This document shows positions 27,413 through 38,602 of a stretch of 64,000 nucleotides of DNA, piece by piece. Source of the DNA: a virus (lineage: Duplodnaviria > Heunggongvirae > Uroviricota > Caudoviricetes); IMG/VR virus record IMGVR_UViG_2579778660_000001; one strand, 5' to 3'. Under the pieces are notes generated by a model. The model ran no database searches, was not told the DNA's origin, and saw nothing but the letters and a program-made list of their open reading frames with translations. The first letter of the stretch is position 1; every line of letters starts with the position of its first letter. Position numbers and translations under genes: made by a program.

Positions 27413-28204
27413 ATGGGCCGTTTTGACGAATGGTTTGCTGACGATGCAAACCTGGCAAGTAAGGAGTCAGAACATGACAGCACGCAGAGAGAAACGCCAG
27501 CGCCGATTGAAGCGAATGCAGGAGGCGCGCCGGAACATGGCAATACCGGTTCGGATTCATTCAGCATTCTGGAAGAGCAACCCGCCGCCAAAGCTGATAG
27601 CCATGATAATTTTGCTGATAGCAACGGTGGCCTTACTCCGGATGCTGGCGAATCAGATATAGCCATACTTCCACCTTCCCTGGCTGGCAGAGAACCAACT
27701 CCACAGCTAAAAGCACGCTATAACGGGCATAAAGCCTTTAACGACCAAATCCGCGCAGACTGGATGCTGATTATTGAATCCAGCCCAGACGCGTTTCAGG
27801 CTCTCTTATATCGACCAGATGTTGGCACATATGGGGTAGTCAGCGACGAAACAGGAGAAGAGTCATTCACTGAACTGGATAACAACCAACGCGAACTGAC
27901 TTACCAGGAACCTGAAATCGTTTATGTGCTGGATAACCCTGACGGACGTGACTCTTTCCATGCGATTGACGCAGACGGTGAGCAGGATGGCTTAACCGAT
28001 GATGTTCTGATTCTGCGTATTGCAGCAAATAACGTCCCCGTCGGCTCAATTCTTGAATGGAATGAAGAGATGGTAAACGGCGTAGCCCGCCGCTGGTGGT
28101 ACGTGCACCGTATTTTTAGCTACGGCACACAGCATGTTGGTTCGCTTTACTACTGCATACCTGCCAGGAATTTTGATACGACTCAAAACGGAGTGATCGA
28201 ATGA
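27413..28204 (+). CDS. virion/baseplate-module protein (about 263 aa)
   Basis: First gene of a 4-gene coupled block ending in a spike-like protein; ATG at 27413 after GAGG. Confidence 0.5.
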   Translation: MGRFDEWFADDANLASKESEHDSTQRETPAPIEANAGGAPEHGNTGSDSFSILEEQPAAKADSHDNFADSNGGLTPDAGESDIAILPPSLAGREPTPQLKARYNGHKAFNDQIRADWMLIIESSPDAFQALLYRPDVGTYGVVSDETGEESFTELDNNQRELTYQEPEIVYVLDNPDGRDSFHAIDADGEQDGLTDDVLILRIAANNVPVGSILEWNEEMVNGVARRWWYVHRIFSYGTQHVGSLYYCIPARNFDTTQNGVIE

Positions 28205-28968
28205 CTTCAAATAAAACCCTCCTGGCGCGAACAGGTGAATGGCAAACCTCACGCACAGGAAAATTCCAGACCACGGGCTTTGAAAACGTGGATAACGCGT
28301 TTGCGACGCTAATCAGCAACATTTTTTCTGATATCTTACTGGTGGCCCCCGCGCCGGAAGAAAAACGCTTTGCGTCATTCCTGAATCGTCCACCAGCAGA
28401 GCGTGTCTATGTGGCCCGTTTCGACAATGCGATCGAGTTTCTTAAAGCAGTTCGTCGCGCAAATGCCGGGCAAGGGAGAAAACCTGAAAACCAGAACATT
28501 AACCGGGATGCTCTCCCCCTGGTCAATATCTCACGCACTATGGATATCAATTATATCAACGATGATCAGCAGATTGACCGCAAAAAAGTAGCCAGTTTTT
28601 GCGAACCAGATACCGGAATGCCTTTAGCAGAACTGGAATACACCCAGGCCATTCTGACGTATGACGTTACGTTAATGGCAACTGATAAAGCGACCATGAG
28701 TCTGATGTGTAATTCGCTGGGCGCACGGCTTCGCCTGATGACAGGTACACAATTTGAAGCAACCACTCACCTTGTTCGTGTCCCGGTCCCGCTGATTTGC
28801 TCGATACAGGATGCCAAAGAAGTCGGCTTTACGGATGTTTCAGCACCAATTGGAGAAGAGCGTATTTATGCCACACAAGCGCCGATAAGTGTGATTGCAG
28901 ACGTGATCACAGCATGGGAGTTGGACGCAAAACGTATTATTACCGAAACCTCGATATCTATGGGGTGA
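28201..28968 (+). CDS. virion/baseplate-module protein (255 aa)
   Basis: ATGA overlap with upstream gene. Confidence 0.5.
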   Translation: MTSNKTLLARTGEWQTSRTGKFQTTGFENVDNAFATLISNIFSDILLVAPAPEEKRFASFLNRPPAERVYVARFDNAIEFLKAVRRANAGQGRKPENQNINRDALPLVNISRTMDINYINDDQQIDRKKVASFCEPDTGMPLAELEYTQAILTYDVTLMATDKATMSLMCNSLGARLRLMTGTQFEATTHLVRVPVPLICSIQDAKEVGFTDVSAPIGEERIYATQAPISVIADVITAWELDAKRIITETSISMG

Positions 28969-28971
28969 TAA

Positions 28972-29952
28972 GTGGCCCAGGAGTTACAACAATATTTTCT
29001 ACAGTCAGTGCTCATTAACGATAACAAAGTGCCACGAGACTGGATTTTTACCGCAGTATATGTAGAAAAAACCAGCCTCAAAGCCCCTTTGCTAAAACTG
29101 GAAATTCATGACGCTACCGGCACCGTAATTGATGACTGGAAAGCCAAATACGGTGCATCGCTGGTGGCTGAAATGGGCGATCCAAACGGTAATGCAGGCA
29201 CTTTTAAAACAGATTTCTTTGTTACGTCTGCAATGCTGGCTGGTGATGTTGTTACCGTTATTGCTGTCAGTGAAGACGTGCGCAGGTTTAAGATCCCCTC
29301 CCCGCGCACAAATTTACATACCAACAAAACACCAGACGCTATATTCAAGGCATATTCCGGCAAACTTAAAATTACCAGCAGCGTGCTAAAACGCGCAGTT
29401 ACATATCATCTGAATGCTGGTGACAAACCGTCAAAAATGCTTTCGGAGATAGCGCGAGACAAAGGTGCATTGTGTTGGGTATGTCGGGGGGAATTTAACT
29501 TTTACACCCTGGCTGATCTGATGAAGCAAACGCCATCATTTACCTACGAGGGGAATAACCCTAAAGCAGAATACACTTTGTCCAAAATGCGCCTACTCCA
29601 ACAGGAACATGCGACAACAGCAAAGAATCAATATCGTTTTGTTGGGTATTCCATGACCGATGGCTACGTCGAATATGGCGATAGCTCACTCCCAGTGCGT
29701 TATATATCCGACTCTGATATGGAAACTCTTCGCAATATGCAGCTGTCTCTCGTCCCCAAAATGGATATAGAAGTCGCAGGCAATCCTGATATAAAACCGG
29801 GGATGGTAATAGAGATTATCGTATACCGCTATGACCAGGAAAACCGCATTGATGAATCAATGCCCCGTAAGCTGATAGTAAAAAATGTTGCGCACTTTGA
29901 GGACCGCGTAGGCTACACAACACGAATGATATTGGGAGTGCCTAACAAATGA
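28972..29952 (+). CDS. virion/baseplate-module protein (326 aa)
   Basis: GTG start after GGGGTGA. Confidence 0.5.
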   Translation: MAQELQQYFLQSVLINDNKVPRDWIFTAVYVEKTSLKAPLLKLEIHDATGTVIDDWKAKYGASLVAEMGDPNGNAGTFKTDFFVTSAMLAGDVVTVIAVSEDVRRFKIPSPRTNLHTNKTPDAIFKAYSGKLKITSSVLKRAVTYHLNAGDKPSKMLSEIARDKGALCWVCRGEFNFYTLADLMKQTPSFTYEGNNPKAEYTLSKMRLLQQEHATTAKNQYRFVGYSMTDGYVEYGDSSLPVRYISDSDMETLRNMQLSLVPKMDIEVAGNPDIKPGMVIEIIVYRYDQENRIDESMPRKLIVKNVAHFEDRVGYTTRMILGVPNK

Positions 29953-30602
29953 AGCGTAGAGCGCAAATTGTTGGAACTGTGCACCCGGCAGGGCTTATGC
30001 GTGCTCAAGTCCGTGTTTTACCTGACTGGAATGGCGTTCCTGATGACGATCTACCCTGGGCGGAATACCAGTTACCCATCGGGAACGCTTTTGTACCTAC
30101 AGTCAAAGGTGACCTGGTCTGGGTAGAGTTTCCTTATTTAGATGTTAACGGTCGAATAGACACCAGACGCCCAATGATAGTTGGTGCCGCTCAGGATGCG
30201 CCAGGCGGAGTTCCAAACGTCGCGCCGGAGGCGTCAGGCAATGGTAGCGGCTGGACGCCGCCTGAAGTAGACGGAGCGCCTCCCCGCCCGCAATTTTCGG
30301 CGACAAAAGATTTCGTTATTCACCGCAATAATGTGCTAGAAGTGCGAACGGCTGGCGGTGGATATGAAATAGCCAATACGGCAGCAGGTTCAAGGATTGG
30401 CATGAATGAGTCCGGGCAGATATATATCATTGGTCCGGCTGATGTAATCGTGAATGCAGGAGGGAGTGTTAACGTCAAATCAGCCAACAACATCAATGTT
30501 AATGGGGAAAATATTGCTGTCACCGCTAACGGGGACATAGCTTTCAAGGCAGGGGGAACCTTTCAGGCCACTGCTGGCAACTTCGATTTCAAGAAAGGAT
30601 AG
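29949..30602 (+). CDS. baseplate central spike protein (gpV-like)
   Basis: 217 aa; Gly/Asn-rich beta-repeat C-terminus (VIVNAGGSVNVKSANNINVNGENIAVTANGDIAFKAGG). Confidence 0.6.
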   Translation: MKRRAQIVGTVHPAGLMRAQVRVLPDWNGVPDDDLPWAEYQLPIGNAFVPTVKGDLVWVEFPYLDVNGRIDTRRPMIVGAAQDAPGGVPNVAPEASGNGSGWTPPEVDGAPPRPQFSATKDFVIHRNNVLEVRTAGGGYEIANTAAGSRIGMNESGQIYIIGPADVIVNAGGSVNVKSANNINVNGENIAVTANGDIAFKAGGTFQATAGNFDFKKG

Positions 30603-30616
30603 AAAATGCACCCATT

Positions 30617-30649
30617 TGTGTTAGATAATTAACGCGTATTTTCTAACAT
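30617..30649. promoter_or_regulatory. operator-like motif pair (copy 6)
   Basis: TGTGTTAGATAA (variant, inverted) and TATTTTCTAACAT directly upstream of rdgC. Confidence 0.5.
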
Positions 30650-30661
30650 AAATGGTGAGAA

Positions 30662-31567
30662 ATGAGATCAGTCGCTTTCAAAAATATCTTCATCTATCGT
30701 CTTTCACGCGAAGTTAACTGGGATACCGCAGAAGTAAATGCAGCCCTTAGCAAGTTTGTGTTTACCCCATGCGGTTCTCAGGATATGGCTAAAGCTGGTT
30801 GGACCCCAATTCTTGGCGACAACCTCACCCATGAATACCAGGGTTTTCTTCTGATGCAGCATAAACGAGAGGAAAAAATCCTGCCTTCTCAAGTACTCAA
30901 AGAAGAGTTACAGAAAAAAATCCTGAAACTTGAAGAAGAGCAAGACAGAAAGCTGAAGAAGACCGAAAAAGATTCGCTGAAGGATGAAGTGCTTCACTCT
31001 CTTCTTCCTCGCGCTTTCACGAGAAAATCAGTCGCTAAAATCCTGATAGACCGAAGCAATCATCTGGTTTTTGTCGAGGCCAGCAGTGCTAAAAAAGCAG
31101 AGGATCAGCTGGCTTTGTTACGGAAATCGCTTGGCAGCTTGCCCGTTGTCCCCTTCTCTCCGAAAGACCCATTAGAACTGACCATCACTGGCTGGATTAA
31201 AGATGGCTTCCCGAACGGTTTCCGTGCTGGTGAGGAAGCGACTTTAAAAGCATTGCTTGATGATGGCGGCGCGGTCCGCTGCAAAAAAGTGGACCTGCTA
31301 TCCGACGAGATCATGAGTCATATAGAAGCTGGTAAGGTTGCAACCACAGTTGCGGTTAACTGGCAAGACCGTGCATTTTTCAGACTGAATGACGATATGA
31401 GTATCAAGGCTTTGTCGTTCAGCGACGAATTGTACGACCAAAACGACGATATTGATCGAGAGGATGTAGCGCAACGATTTGACGCTGACTTTATCCTGTT
31501 TACTGCTGAATTATCAGCCATGTTCACTTCGCTAGTGGAGGCCGTTGGTGGTGAAGCAGAACGTTAA
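30662..31567 (+). CDS. rdgC: RdgC-family recombination-associated protein (divergent from host copy)
   Basis: 301 aa; [66 protein letters not shown]. Confidence 0.75.
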   Translation: MRSVAFKNIFIYRLSREVNWDTAEVNAALSKFVFTPCGSQDMAKAGWTPILGDNLTHEYQGFLLMQHKREEKILPSQVLKEELQKKILKLEEEQDRKLKKTEKDSLKDEVLHSLLPRAFTRKSVAKILIDRSNHLVFVEASSAKKAEDQLALLRKSLGSLPVVPFSPKDPLELTITGWIKDGFPNGFRAGEEATLKALLDDGGAVRCKKVDLLSDEIMSHIEAGKVATTVAVNWQDRAFFRLNDDMSIKALSFSDELYDQNDDIDREDVAQRFDADFILFTAELSAMFTSLVEAVGGEAER

Positions 31568-33839
31568 CCTTAGATATGGTTCTGTTTGCAGTGGAATTGA
31601 AGCAGCGAGCATTGCCTGGGAACCGTTGGGTATGCGTCCGGCGTGGTTTGCTGAAATCGAGCCTTTTCCATCTGCCGTTCTTGCGCACCGCTGGCCCCAT
31701 GTCGCCAACCTTGGCGATATGACAAAACTTGCCAAAAAAGTCCTGGCTGGGGAAATCGAATCCCCTGATGTGCTCGTCGGGGGAACACCTTGTCAGGCAT
31801 TCAGTATCGCGGGATTACGTGGTGGGCTTGATGATGAGCGTGGCGCGCTAACTTTAAAGTATGTGGAGCTTGCAAATGCAATTGACGACAAACGGGCTGA
31901 GTCATTTCTCAAACCAGCCGTTATCGTCTGGGAAAATGTCCCAGGAGTCTTGTCATCGGCAGATAACGCCTTCGGATGTTTCCTTGCCGGATTGGCTGGA
32001 GAAGATGCGCCATTCGAACCAGGTGCTCGACCTGAATCACGAAAAAGTAACGCGTTCTGGCGGTGGGATGTCAAAACCAGTTGCCATGCTCCAAAGTGGC
32101 CGCAGTGTGGTTGTATTTATGGACCGCAGCGAAAAGTGGCCTGGAGAATCCTTGATGCCCAATACTTCGGAGTGGCACAACGACGCCGACGCGTGTTTGT
32201 TGTCGCAAGTGCTCGAACAGACCTCGATCCCGCAACGATACTTTTTGAGTTCGAAGGCGTGCGCCGGAATATTGCGCCGAGCCGAAAAAAGAAGGAAATC
32301 GCTTCCGCCATTATTGCAAATGGCGCTGCAATCAGTGGCGAAAGTCTAAATCCATGCCTACACGCTGACATGCCCCCCGGTATGAAATCGACGAAAGCCG
32401 TAAACGCTTTCAGGATGGCGGCATTTGGGGAATATATTGACGATGAAACCGCATCGACAGTAAAGGCAAGAGACTTTAAAGATGCCACTGACCTTGCCGT
32501 TTTTAGCAGCACAGGAGCAGGTTTTTGGTCAGAGGGGCATGGTACATTGCGGGCGCGTGAGCAAGAAAGCCATGAGCATCTTGTTACATTAGCTTTTCCT
32601 GAGCATATGAGCGGTACACAACATGCTGCAACTAAGAATACTTCACCATCTCTAATGGCTCAAAATCCAACAGCCGTTTGCTATGAAGCAAGAAACGCAA
32701 AAGTAGCTGTTCGCCGTCTTACCCCTGTCGAATGTGAAAGGCTGCAAGGTTTTCCTGATGGGCATACGTTGATCCCTACGGAAAAGCGTAAAACAATTTC
32801 CTCAGATGAACTGGCATACCTTCGCAATCACTATCCAGATTTAAGCGAAGAAGAGGCCGCGATGCTCGCTGCTGACGGGCCGCGTTACAAAGCGATTGGC
32901 AACAGCATGGCAGTTCCTGTTATGCAATGGATTGGGTGTTGCATTCTTGCGACTGTGGAAGCTAAACAGCCAAAAACAATAAATACCATTACCTACACAA
33001 GAATACTCCGGACTCCGGATGAATATGAGCGTCCGATCTTCAAATGGGTAGGAGGTAAATTCTCAGAGTTACCTACAGTGCTTGAGCATCTACCACACGG
33101 CAAGCGGTTAATAGAACCATTCGTTGGTGGCGGTTCCGTATTTACGAATGCAGGATTTCGCCACAACCTGCTTAATGATATTAACGGTGACCTGATTAAC
33201 TTCTATCAGACATTGCAGCGAGAAGGACATTCGCTCGTCACGCTGTCATATAGTTTTTTCCAAAATTACAACAACGCTGACGCTTACCTCGAAGTGCGTG
33301 AGGCATTTAACAGAGGAAAGTATGACCAGCTACATCATGCTGCCGCCTTTTTGTACCTTAATCGGCACTGTTTTAATGGCGTAACGCGGTACAACCAAAA
33401 TGGCGAGTTCAACGTGGGGTATGGCAAATACAAAGCGCCCTACTTCCCACATGCAGAGATGGAGGCATTTTTGGCTGATGACGTACTCAAAAACACGTCC
33501 TTTGTATCAGGTGACTTTGCTGGCGTCATCGAGGCGGCTGGTGAAGGCGATGTGATTTTTTGCGATCCGCCGTATGAACCGCTGCCGGATACAGAAGGGT
33601 TTACCAGTTATTCAGGAAATAGCTTCCGTTTCGACGAACAGAAACGGCTGGTATCTCTATTGGTGGAAGCCCACCAGCGCGGCGCTAAGGTAGTGATTAC
33701 AAATAGTGGTGCGCCAAACATCCGTGAACTATATGAAGGAAACGGGTTTAAAGTACATCATATGGCAGCCAGACGGTCGGTTTCCTGCAAGGCGTCAACA
33801 CGTGTAGTTGCTAACGATATAATTGCAATAATGAAGTAA
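31548..33839 (+). CDS. dmt: bifunctional DNA methyltransferase (N-terminal C5-cytosine MTase + C-terminal Dam-like N6-adenine MTase), P1 Dmt-like
   Basis: [12 protein letters not shown] and ENV in N-half; Dam-like [14 protein letters not shown] and DPPY in C-half; GTG start after GGAGG. Confidence 0.85.
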   Translation: MVKQNVNLRYGSVCSGIEAASIAWEPLGMRPAWFAEIEPFPSAVLAHRWPHVANLGDMTKLAKKVLAGEIESPDVLVGGTPCQAFSIAGLRGGLDDERGALTLKYVELANAIDDKRAESFLKPAVIVWENVPGVLSSADNAFGCFLAGLAGEDAPFEPGARPESRKSNAFWRWDVKTSCHAPKWPQCGCIYGPQRKVAWRILDAQYFGVAQRRRRVFVVASARTDLDPATILFEFEGVRRNIAPSRKKKEIASAIIANGAAISGESLNPCLHADMPPGMKSTKAVNAFRMAAFGEYIDDETASTVKARDFKDATDLAVFSSTGAGFWSEGHGTLRAREQESHEHLVTLAFPEHMSGTQHAATKNTSPSLMAQNPTAVCYEARNAKVAVRRLTPVECERLQGFPDGHTLIPTEKRKTISSDELAYLRNHYPDLSEEEAAMLAADGPRYKAIGNSMAVPVMQWIGCCILATVEAKQPKTINTITYTRILRTPDEYERPIFKWVGGKFSELPTVLEHLPHGKRLIEPFVGGGSVFTNAGFRHNLLNDINGDLINFYQTLQREGHSLVTLSYSFFQNYNNADAYLEVREAFNRGKYDQLHHAAAFLYLNRHCFNGVTRYNQNGEFNVGYGKYKAPYFPHAEMEAFLADDVLKNTSFVSGDFAGVIEAAGEGDVIFCDPPYEPLPDTEGFTSYSGNSFRFDEQKRLVSLLVEAHQRGAKVVITNSGAPNIRELYEGNGFKVHHMAARRSVSCKASTRVVANDIIAIMK

Positions 33840-33842
33840 AAA

Positions 33843-33872
33843 ACGCCGCAGTAGCGGCGTTTACTTTTTTAT
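33843..33872. terminator. bidirectional intrinsic terminator (dmt / glnS)
   Basis: ACGCCGCagtaGCGGCGT flanked by A-run and T-run. Confidence 0.6.
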
Positions 33873-33887
33873 GTGGCGAAATACCTA

Positions 33888-35549
33888 TTAACCTAACTTC
33901 GCCCAGGTATCACGCAGCCCAACGGTGCGGTTAAATACCGGTTTTTCCGCCGTAGAATGGCGGCTGTCGAGGCAGAAATAACCTTCACGCTCAAACTGGA
34001 ATGCTTTACCAGCTACCGCTTCTTTCAGCGACGGTTCAGCAAAGCCCTGTTTGATCACCAGCGATTCCGGGTTAATCACCGACAGAAAATCATCCGCAGC
34101 ACCTGGGTTCGGTACACTGAACAGACGGTCGTACAGGCGAATTTCAACCGGCAGCGCATGGGCCGCGCTTACCCAGTGGATAACGCCTTTCACTTTACGA
34201 CCATCTGCCGGATCTTTGCTTAAAGTATCGGCATCGTAGGTACAGAAGATGGTGGTGATATTGCCTTCGGCATCTTTCTCCACGCGTTCAGCCTTAATGA
34301 CGTAAGCATTACGCAGACGCACTTCTTTACCCAGCACCAGACGTTTGTACTGCTTGTTAGCTTCTTCGCGGAAATCGGCGCGGTCGATCCAAATCTCACC
34401 GCTAAACGGCACCTGACGGCTACCCATTTCCGGTTTGTTCGGATGGTTCGGCATGGTGACCATTTCGCCTTCGCCCTGGTAGTTTTCGATAACCAGTTTC
34501 ACCGGATCGATAACCGCCATTGCGCGCGGCGCATTTTCGTTGAGATCTTCACGGATGCAGGATTCCAGCGACGCCATCTCAATGGTGTTGTCCTGCTTGG
34601 TCACGCCGATGCGTTTGCAGAACTCACGAATAGAAGCCGCAGTGTAACCACGACGACGCAGACCGGAAATGGTCGGCATACGCGGGTCATCCCAGCCTTC
34701 AACGTGCTTGTCGGTCACCAGCAGGTTCAGCTTACGCTTGGACATCACAGTGTATTCCAGATTCAGGCGCGAGAATTCGTACTGGCGCGGGTGAACAGGA
34801 ATGGTGATGTTGTCCAGCACCCAGTCGTACAGGCGACGGTTGTCCTGGAACTCAAGCGTACACAGAGAGTGCGTAATACCTTCCAGCGCATCGCTGATGC
34901 AGTGGGTGAAGTCGTACATCGGGTAGATGCACCACTTGTTGCCAGTCTGGTGGTGTTCAGCAAACTTAATGCGGTACAGCACCGGATCGCGCATCACGAT
35001 AAACGGCGACGCCATGTCGATTTTCGCACGCAGGCAGGCTTTACCTTCTTCAAAACCACCGGCACGCATTTTTTCGAACAGCGCCAGGTTCTCTTCAACG
35101 CTGCGATCGCGGTACGGGCTGTTTTTACCCGGCTGCGTCAGGGTGCCGCGGTATTCGCGGATCTGTTCCGGCGTCAGTTCGTCAACATACGCCAGGCCTT
35201 TGTTGATCAGTTCAACAGCATAGGCGTGGAGCTGATCAAAATAATCGGAGGAGTAACGGACGTTACCAGACCAGTGAAAACCTAACCATTCAACGTCGTT
35301 TTTAATCGACTCGACGTACTCGATATCTTCTTTTACCGGGTTAGTGTCGTCGAAACGCAGGTTGCACTGGCCTTTATAGTCCTGGGCGATCCCGAAGTTC
35401 AGGCAGATAGATTTCGCATGACCAATATGCAGATAGCCATTCGGTTCCGGCGGGAAACGGGTATGTACTGTGGTGTGCTTACCACTTGCCAGATCTTCAT
35501 CGATGATCTGACGAATAAAGTTAGTCGGGCGGGCTTCTGCCTCACTCAT
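33888..35549 (-). CDS. glnS: glutaminyl-tRNA synthetase, host-type
   Basis: 553 aa; essentially E. coli GlnS as recalled ([20 protein letters not shown]..., HIGH, VMSKR); higher GC than flanks. Confidence 0.9.
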   Translation of the reverse strand: MSEAEARPTNFIRQIIDEDLASGKHTTVHTRFPPEPNGYLHIGHAKSICLNFGIAQDYKGQCNLRFDDTNPVKEDIEYVESIKNDVEWLGFHWSGNVRYSSDYFDQLHAYAVELINKGLAYVDELTPEQIREYRGTLTQPGKNSPYRDRSVEENLALFEKMRAGGFEEGKACLRAKIDMASPFIVMRDPVLYRIKFAEHHQTGNKWCIYPMYDFTHCISDALEGITHSLCTLEFQDNRRLYDWVLDNITIPVHPRQYEFSRLNLEYTVMSKRKLNLLVTDKHVEGWDDPRMPTISGLRRRGYTAASIREFCKRIGVTKQDNTIEMASLESCIREDLNENAPRAMAVIDPVKLVIENYQGEGEMVTMPNHPNKPEMGSRQVPFSGEIWIDRADFREEANKQYKRLVLGKEVRLRNAYVIKAERVEKDAEGNITTIFCTYDADTLSKDPADGRKVKGVIHWVSAAHALPVEIRLYDRLFSVPNPGAADDFLSVINPESLVIKQGFAEPSLKEAVAGKAFQFEREGYFCLDSRHSTAEKPVFNRTVGLRDTWAKLG

Positions 35550-35708
35550 TGTGGATTCCTCAAAGCGTAAAAAACGTATAACAGCGTATGATCTTATAAG
35601 CCGAATAGGCTGACAACCACTAGTTGATTAGAAATTGCTTTCTATCGTTATTTCAATAATGAGCTTTTTCATGAAGCCCACTTTTGCGCATAAGTAAATT
35701 AATGACAA

Positions 35709-35784
35709 ATGGTACACAATTGGAACCAAAAAGGATGTAAAGGTGCACCAAATTAGTGGTGTATTGGTGCATCTTTGGTTCAAG
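35709..35784. repeat. cluster of short GGTGCACC/TGGAACCA-type repeats downstream of parG
   Basis: TGGTACAC, TTGGAACCA, GGTGCACCA, TGGTGTATTGGTGCATC, TGGTTCAAG within 76 bp. Confidence 0.4.
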
Positions 35785-35817
35785 ATTTTTTAAGTTCTAA
35801 AACCACCCTGAAAGACT

Positions 35818-36105
35818 TTATTTTGCTTCCTCAGACTCCGCTAACATGAGGATAGCATGGCGGATCATATTCAATTTGCTGCGATTATGCTTTTTACTTA
35901 ACGCATCAAGTACCTGGTACTCGTATTCATTGAAACCAACACGAATAGATTTAAAATCACGTGGAGCGTCCTTATCGAGCACTTTGTTGTCTTCTGGTTG
36001 CTCACCCGGCACCAAATCAGCCTTACTTGCAAAATCCTCAATTCGGCGTTCAAGATCGGGGTCTTTTACTTCGGGGGCTTTTACCGATTTACGAGGTTTA
36101 ATCAC
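35818..36105 (-). CDS. ParG-like partition DNA-binding protein
   Basis: 95 aa; directly downstream of and overlapping parA; C-terminal ribbon-helix-helix assumed from size and position. Confidence 0.55.
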   Translation of the reverse strand: MIKPRKSVKAPEVKDPDLERRIEDFASKADLVPGEQPEDNKVLDKDAPRDFKSIRVGFNEYEYQVLDALSKKHNRSKLNMIRHAILMLAESEEAK

Positions 36106-36739
36106 TTAATAACTCCTTAACCAACATCTGGATTTCACCTTTAGCTTTCCCGTTGTCCATCTCAACAACGCCCTTCCCTTCAGCCATGCAATCGCGGTAA
36201 ACCTTACGATCACGAATGATGGTTTTCAGCAACTTCAGTTGCGGATATTCAGCCAGGTACTCTTTGGCCTCATTGGTTTCATTCACAACCGGATTGGATG
36301 GGGCCATTGTTAAGACTGCGAACGCCTTAATGCTAGGATTAGGCATCAGGTCCAAAGCCTCTTCAAACACTTCAACAAAGTGTGCCAGCGTGTCTAAATC
36401 TGGTTGAGATGGTCTGAATGGGACCAACACAATATCTGCAGCGGTTATGCCTGTACGCATCTCTTTGCTATCGCGCCCGGCTGTATCAACAACTACAAAT
36501 TCATAACGCTTATCCAGATCGAGAAGTGTTTCTCGAATATTACCAAACTTCTGGACACAATGAATTACAGGAGAAACCTCTGCCGTGTTACGGTCAGCGG
36601 CCCAGCGGGCAGCTGTTCCTTGCTTGTCTGCATCTAGTAACACTACATCCTTATTTTCGCGGGCAAGCTCCGCACAGATGTTTACGCTTGTGGTTGATTT
36701 TCCACAGCCACCTTTTTGGCTGACTACCAATATAATCAT
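36098..36739 (-). CDS. parA: ParA/ParF-type small partition ATPase
   Basis: 213 aa; deviant Walker A KGGCGKS. Confidence 0.85.
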   Translation of the reverse strand: MIILVVSQKGGCGKSTTSVNICAELARENKDVVLLDADKQGTAARWAADRNTAEVSPVIHCVQKFGNIRETLLDLDKRYEFVVVDTAGRDSKEMRTGITAADIVLVPFRPSQPDLDTLAHFVEVFEEALDLMPNPSIKAFAVLTMAPSNPVVNETNEAKEYLAEYPQLKLLKTIIRDRKVYRDCMAEGKGVVEMDNGKAKGEIQMLVKELLSD

Positions 36740-36760
36740 ATCCGTTCCTCGGTGTTATTT

Positions 36761-36976
36761 TGGTATCAAACTGGTTCCAAACAGAAGCCTTATTGATGCA
36801 GTTTTGGCTCTATAGTGGAGTCATTATGCTTTGCAAAAGTATAACACTAATCATTCTAAATTTGCCCTCTGTTGCATCCTGTTTAACACGAAATCAGCCC
36901 TAAATTGGAACCAGATACAAAACTGCACCATAACAGCACCTAACCGGTGCCAGATTAACACCAATTAGGCACCATT
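36761..36976. repeat. repeated (G/A)CACCA / GGAACCA motifs upstream of parA (putative centromere/operator)
   Basis: TGGTTCCA, TTGGAACCAG, CTGCACCAT, CGGTGCCAG, ACACCAATT, GGCACCATT. Confidence 0.4.
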
Positions 36977-37026
36977 AAGGCATAAAAAAGGCTGCAATTT
37001 GCAGCCTTAAACCAGCACATCTTCTG

Positions 37027-37371
37027 TCAATCAGGTAGAGAGTCAGCCAGATTGCGCGCCGACGCGCTTTTGGCAACAACTTGCTCCTTCACTGGCTCAA
37101 TGGAGGCAGGGCGCTCCTCAACCGCAGCTGGTAGTTCCAGGAAGGATGCCAGCATTTTTCGGATCAGCTCCGGATTATTATCTTCGGTCAGCAGGGAAGC
37201 CAGTAATCCTGGAAGCCTGCTATCGACTTCTCCCAGCGCAAGCCCTGCCAACAATGCGGTTCTTGCCATATCGCTATGTTTTTTTATCTTCTCGCTCGCC
37301 GCCTTTTCATTGGCATAAGCCTCTGGGCGAAGATAAATCATCACTTTCTTACGTTCCTGAGACATGGACAT
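37027..37371 (-). CDS. parR: ParR-like partition adaptor
   Basis: 114 aa, immediately downstream of parM. Confidence 0.55.
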   Translation of the reverse strand: MSMSQERKKVMIYLRPEAYANEKAASEKIKKHSDMARTALLAGLALGEVDSRLPGLLASLLTEDNNPELIRKMLASFLELPAAVEERPASIEPVKEQVVAKSASARNLADSLPD

Positions 37372-37378
37372 TACCTCG

Positions 37379-38359
37379 TTAACCGATTGCTTTCAGGCCA
37401 TGAACAAGAGCAAGTTGCGGGTCATCCGCCACGAAGAAACGGTCATCACGAATATTAACTTGCTCGCGAATTGCATCTGCCACCAGCGGTGCGCCACCAC
37501 CGATCACCATGACATGCGTATATCCTTTAAAGTCGCCAATCACATCAAGAACGCGGGTACGCAGACGGTCAATGCTTGCGGCAATGGCCTTTTTCACATC
37601 ACCAATCGCTGATGGGTCATTGATATTGTCGTTCAGATAATCTTCATCGTGGCGGTTAATAATGAGCTGATCGACATTGTAATTTGACGTTTCGGTATTG
37701 GCCCTTGCAAGTGCTTGCCTTACTTCCCTGGTGACCAGTGATACACCAAGATTCGAATCGCCAAAAACACGGGAAACTGCCGTCATTTGCCCGGCGACCA
37801 TTGAAACATCAAGGGTAGTTCCACCCAAATCGACGATAAGAACAGAATGGGCAGGGTTCAGATTGTCGCACAGGCCAATTCCTGCCGGAATAGACTCCGG
37901 TCGTACCGTAACTTTCTTAATCGTGAACACATTGCCTTTATTCAGCGTGACGGGGCGCATAAGACTGGCTTTCTTGCGCTCGATGTTATCGAGATTGTAT
38001 TGCGCGTCGTCGTCGTAAAACTCCGCCAGAGGCAGCGTGACCACAATTTCTACTTCCTGCGGCTCAATGCCACTTGTCAGCAGGGCATGGTGAACAGCCA
38101 GGACGTTAAGCGGGCTGTATTGCCATTCCACGTTATTCGTCGGCAGAACATCTGGCGAGATCAAATCATACGAATACTTTTCGTCGTCAATGACATAGTT
38201 AAACGGCTTGCCCGCACCAAATGTTGCTGACCATCCGCGCTTAAAGCTGTTAGGGCTGATGTGAGTGCGAGTTTCCCCGTCGTGCTCCCACAGCATTTTG
38301 ATATTGGTTGAACCATCATCGATAAAAATGCGCATCTTCTTGCTCCACTTCTGAGACAC
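37379..38359 (-). CDS. parM: ParM/StbA actin-like partition ATPase
   Basis: MRIFIDDGSTNIKMLWEHDGETRTHISPNSFKRGW... close to R1 ParM/StbA N-terminus as recalled. Confidence 0.8.
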   Translation of the reverse strand: MSQKWSKKMRIFIDDGSTNIKMLWEHDGETRTHISPNSFKRGWSATFGAGKPFNYVIDDEKYSYDLISPDVLPTNNVEWQYSPLNVLAVHHALLTSGIEPQEVEIVVTLPLAEFYDDDAQYNLDNIERKKASLMRPVTLNKGNVFTIKKVTVRPESIPAGIGLCDNLNPAHSVLIVDLGGTTLDVSMVAGQMTAVSRVFGDSNLGVSLVTREVRQALARANTETSNYNVDQLIINRHDEDYLNDNINDPSAIGDVKKAIAASIDRLRTRVLDVIGDFKGYTHVMVIGGGAPLVADAIREQVNIRDDRFFVADDPQLALVHGLKAIG

Positions 38360-38360
38360 A

Positions 38361-38520
38361 TTTGAGAATCATAATGCAATTTTAAAAGAGAAGCCCCCAA
38401 AAATCCACACCAAAAGAGATAAAAAAAGAGTGATTATTGAGTTCATTTTGAGAATACCTTAATCACCCAATGAATTATGGTCTGACAGTGAGATTTATTT
38501 GAGAATGAAGTGAGAATACA
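38361..38520. repeat. parC-like centromere repeats (TGAGAAT units)
   Basis: TTTGAGAAT at 38371, 38447, 38498 and GTGAGAATA at 38510, upstream of parM. Confidence 0.5.
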
Positions 38521-38602
38521 GAAATATTCCGAAATTTAACTCTCAGTTTGAATGATGAAATAACAAAGTGATGACAATAGGAGGATAACCCGGAGGTGAA
38601 GA

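Noticed and set aside
27250-27666. 138-aa minus-strand ORF overlapping the first baseplate-module gene
   Set aside because: Antisense to a coupled plus-strand operon; low-complexity product; no RBS.
32117-32512. 131-aa minus-strand ORF
   Set aside because: Antisense within dmt; no independent support.
34443-35285. 280-aa plus-strand ORF
   Set aside because: Lies antisense within glnS, which has a far stronger coding signal; product is low-complexity Arg/His/Val-rich; typical antisense artefact of a GC-rich gene.
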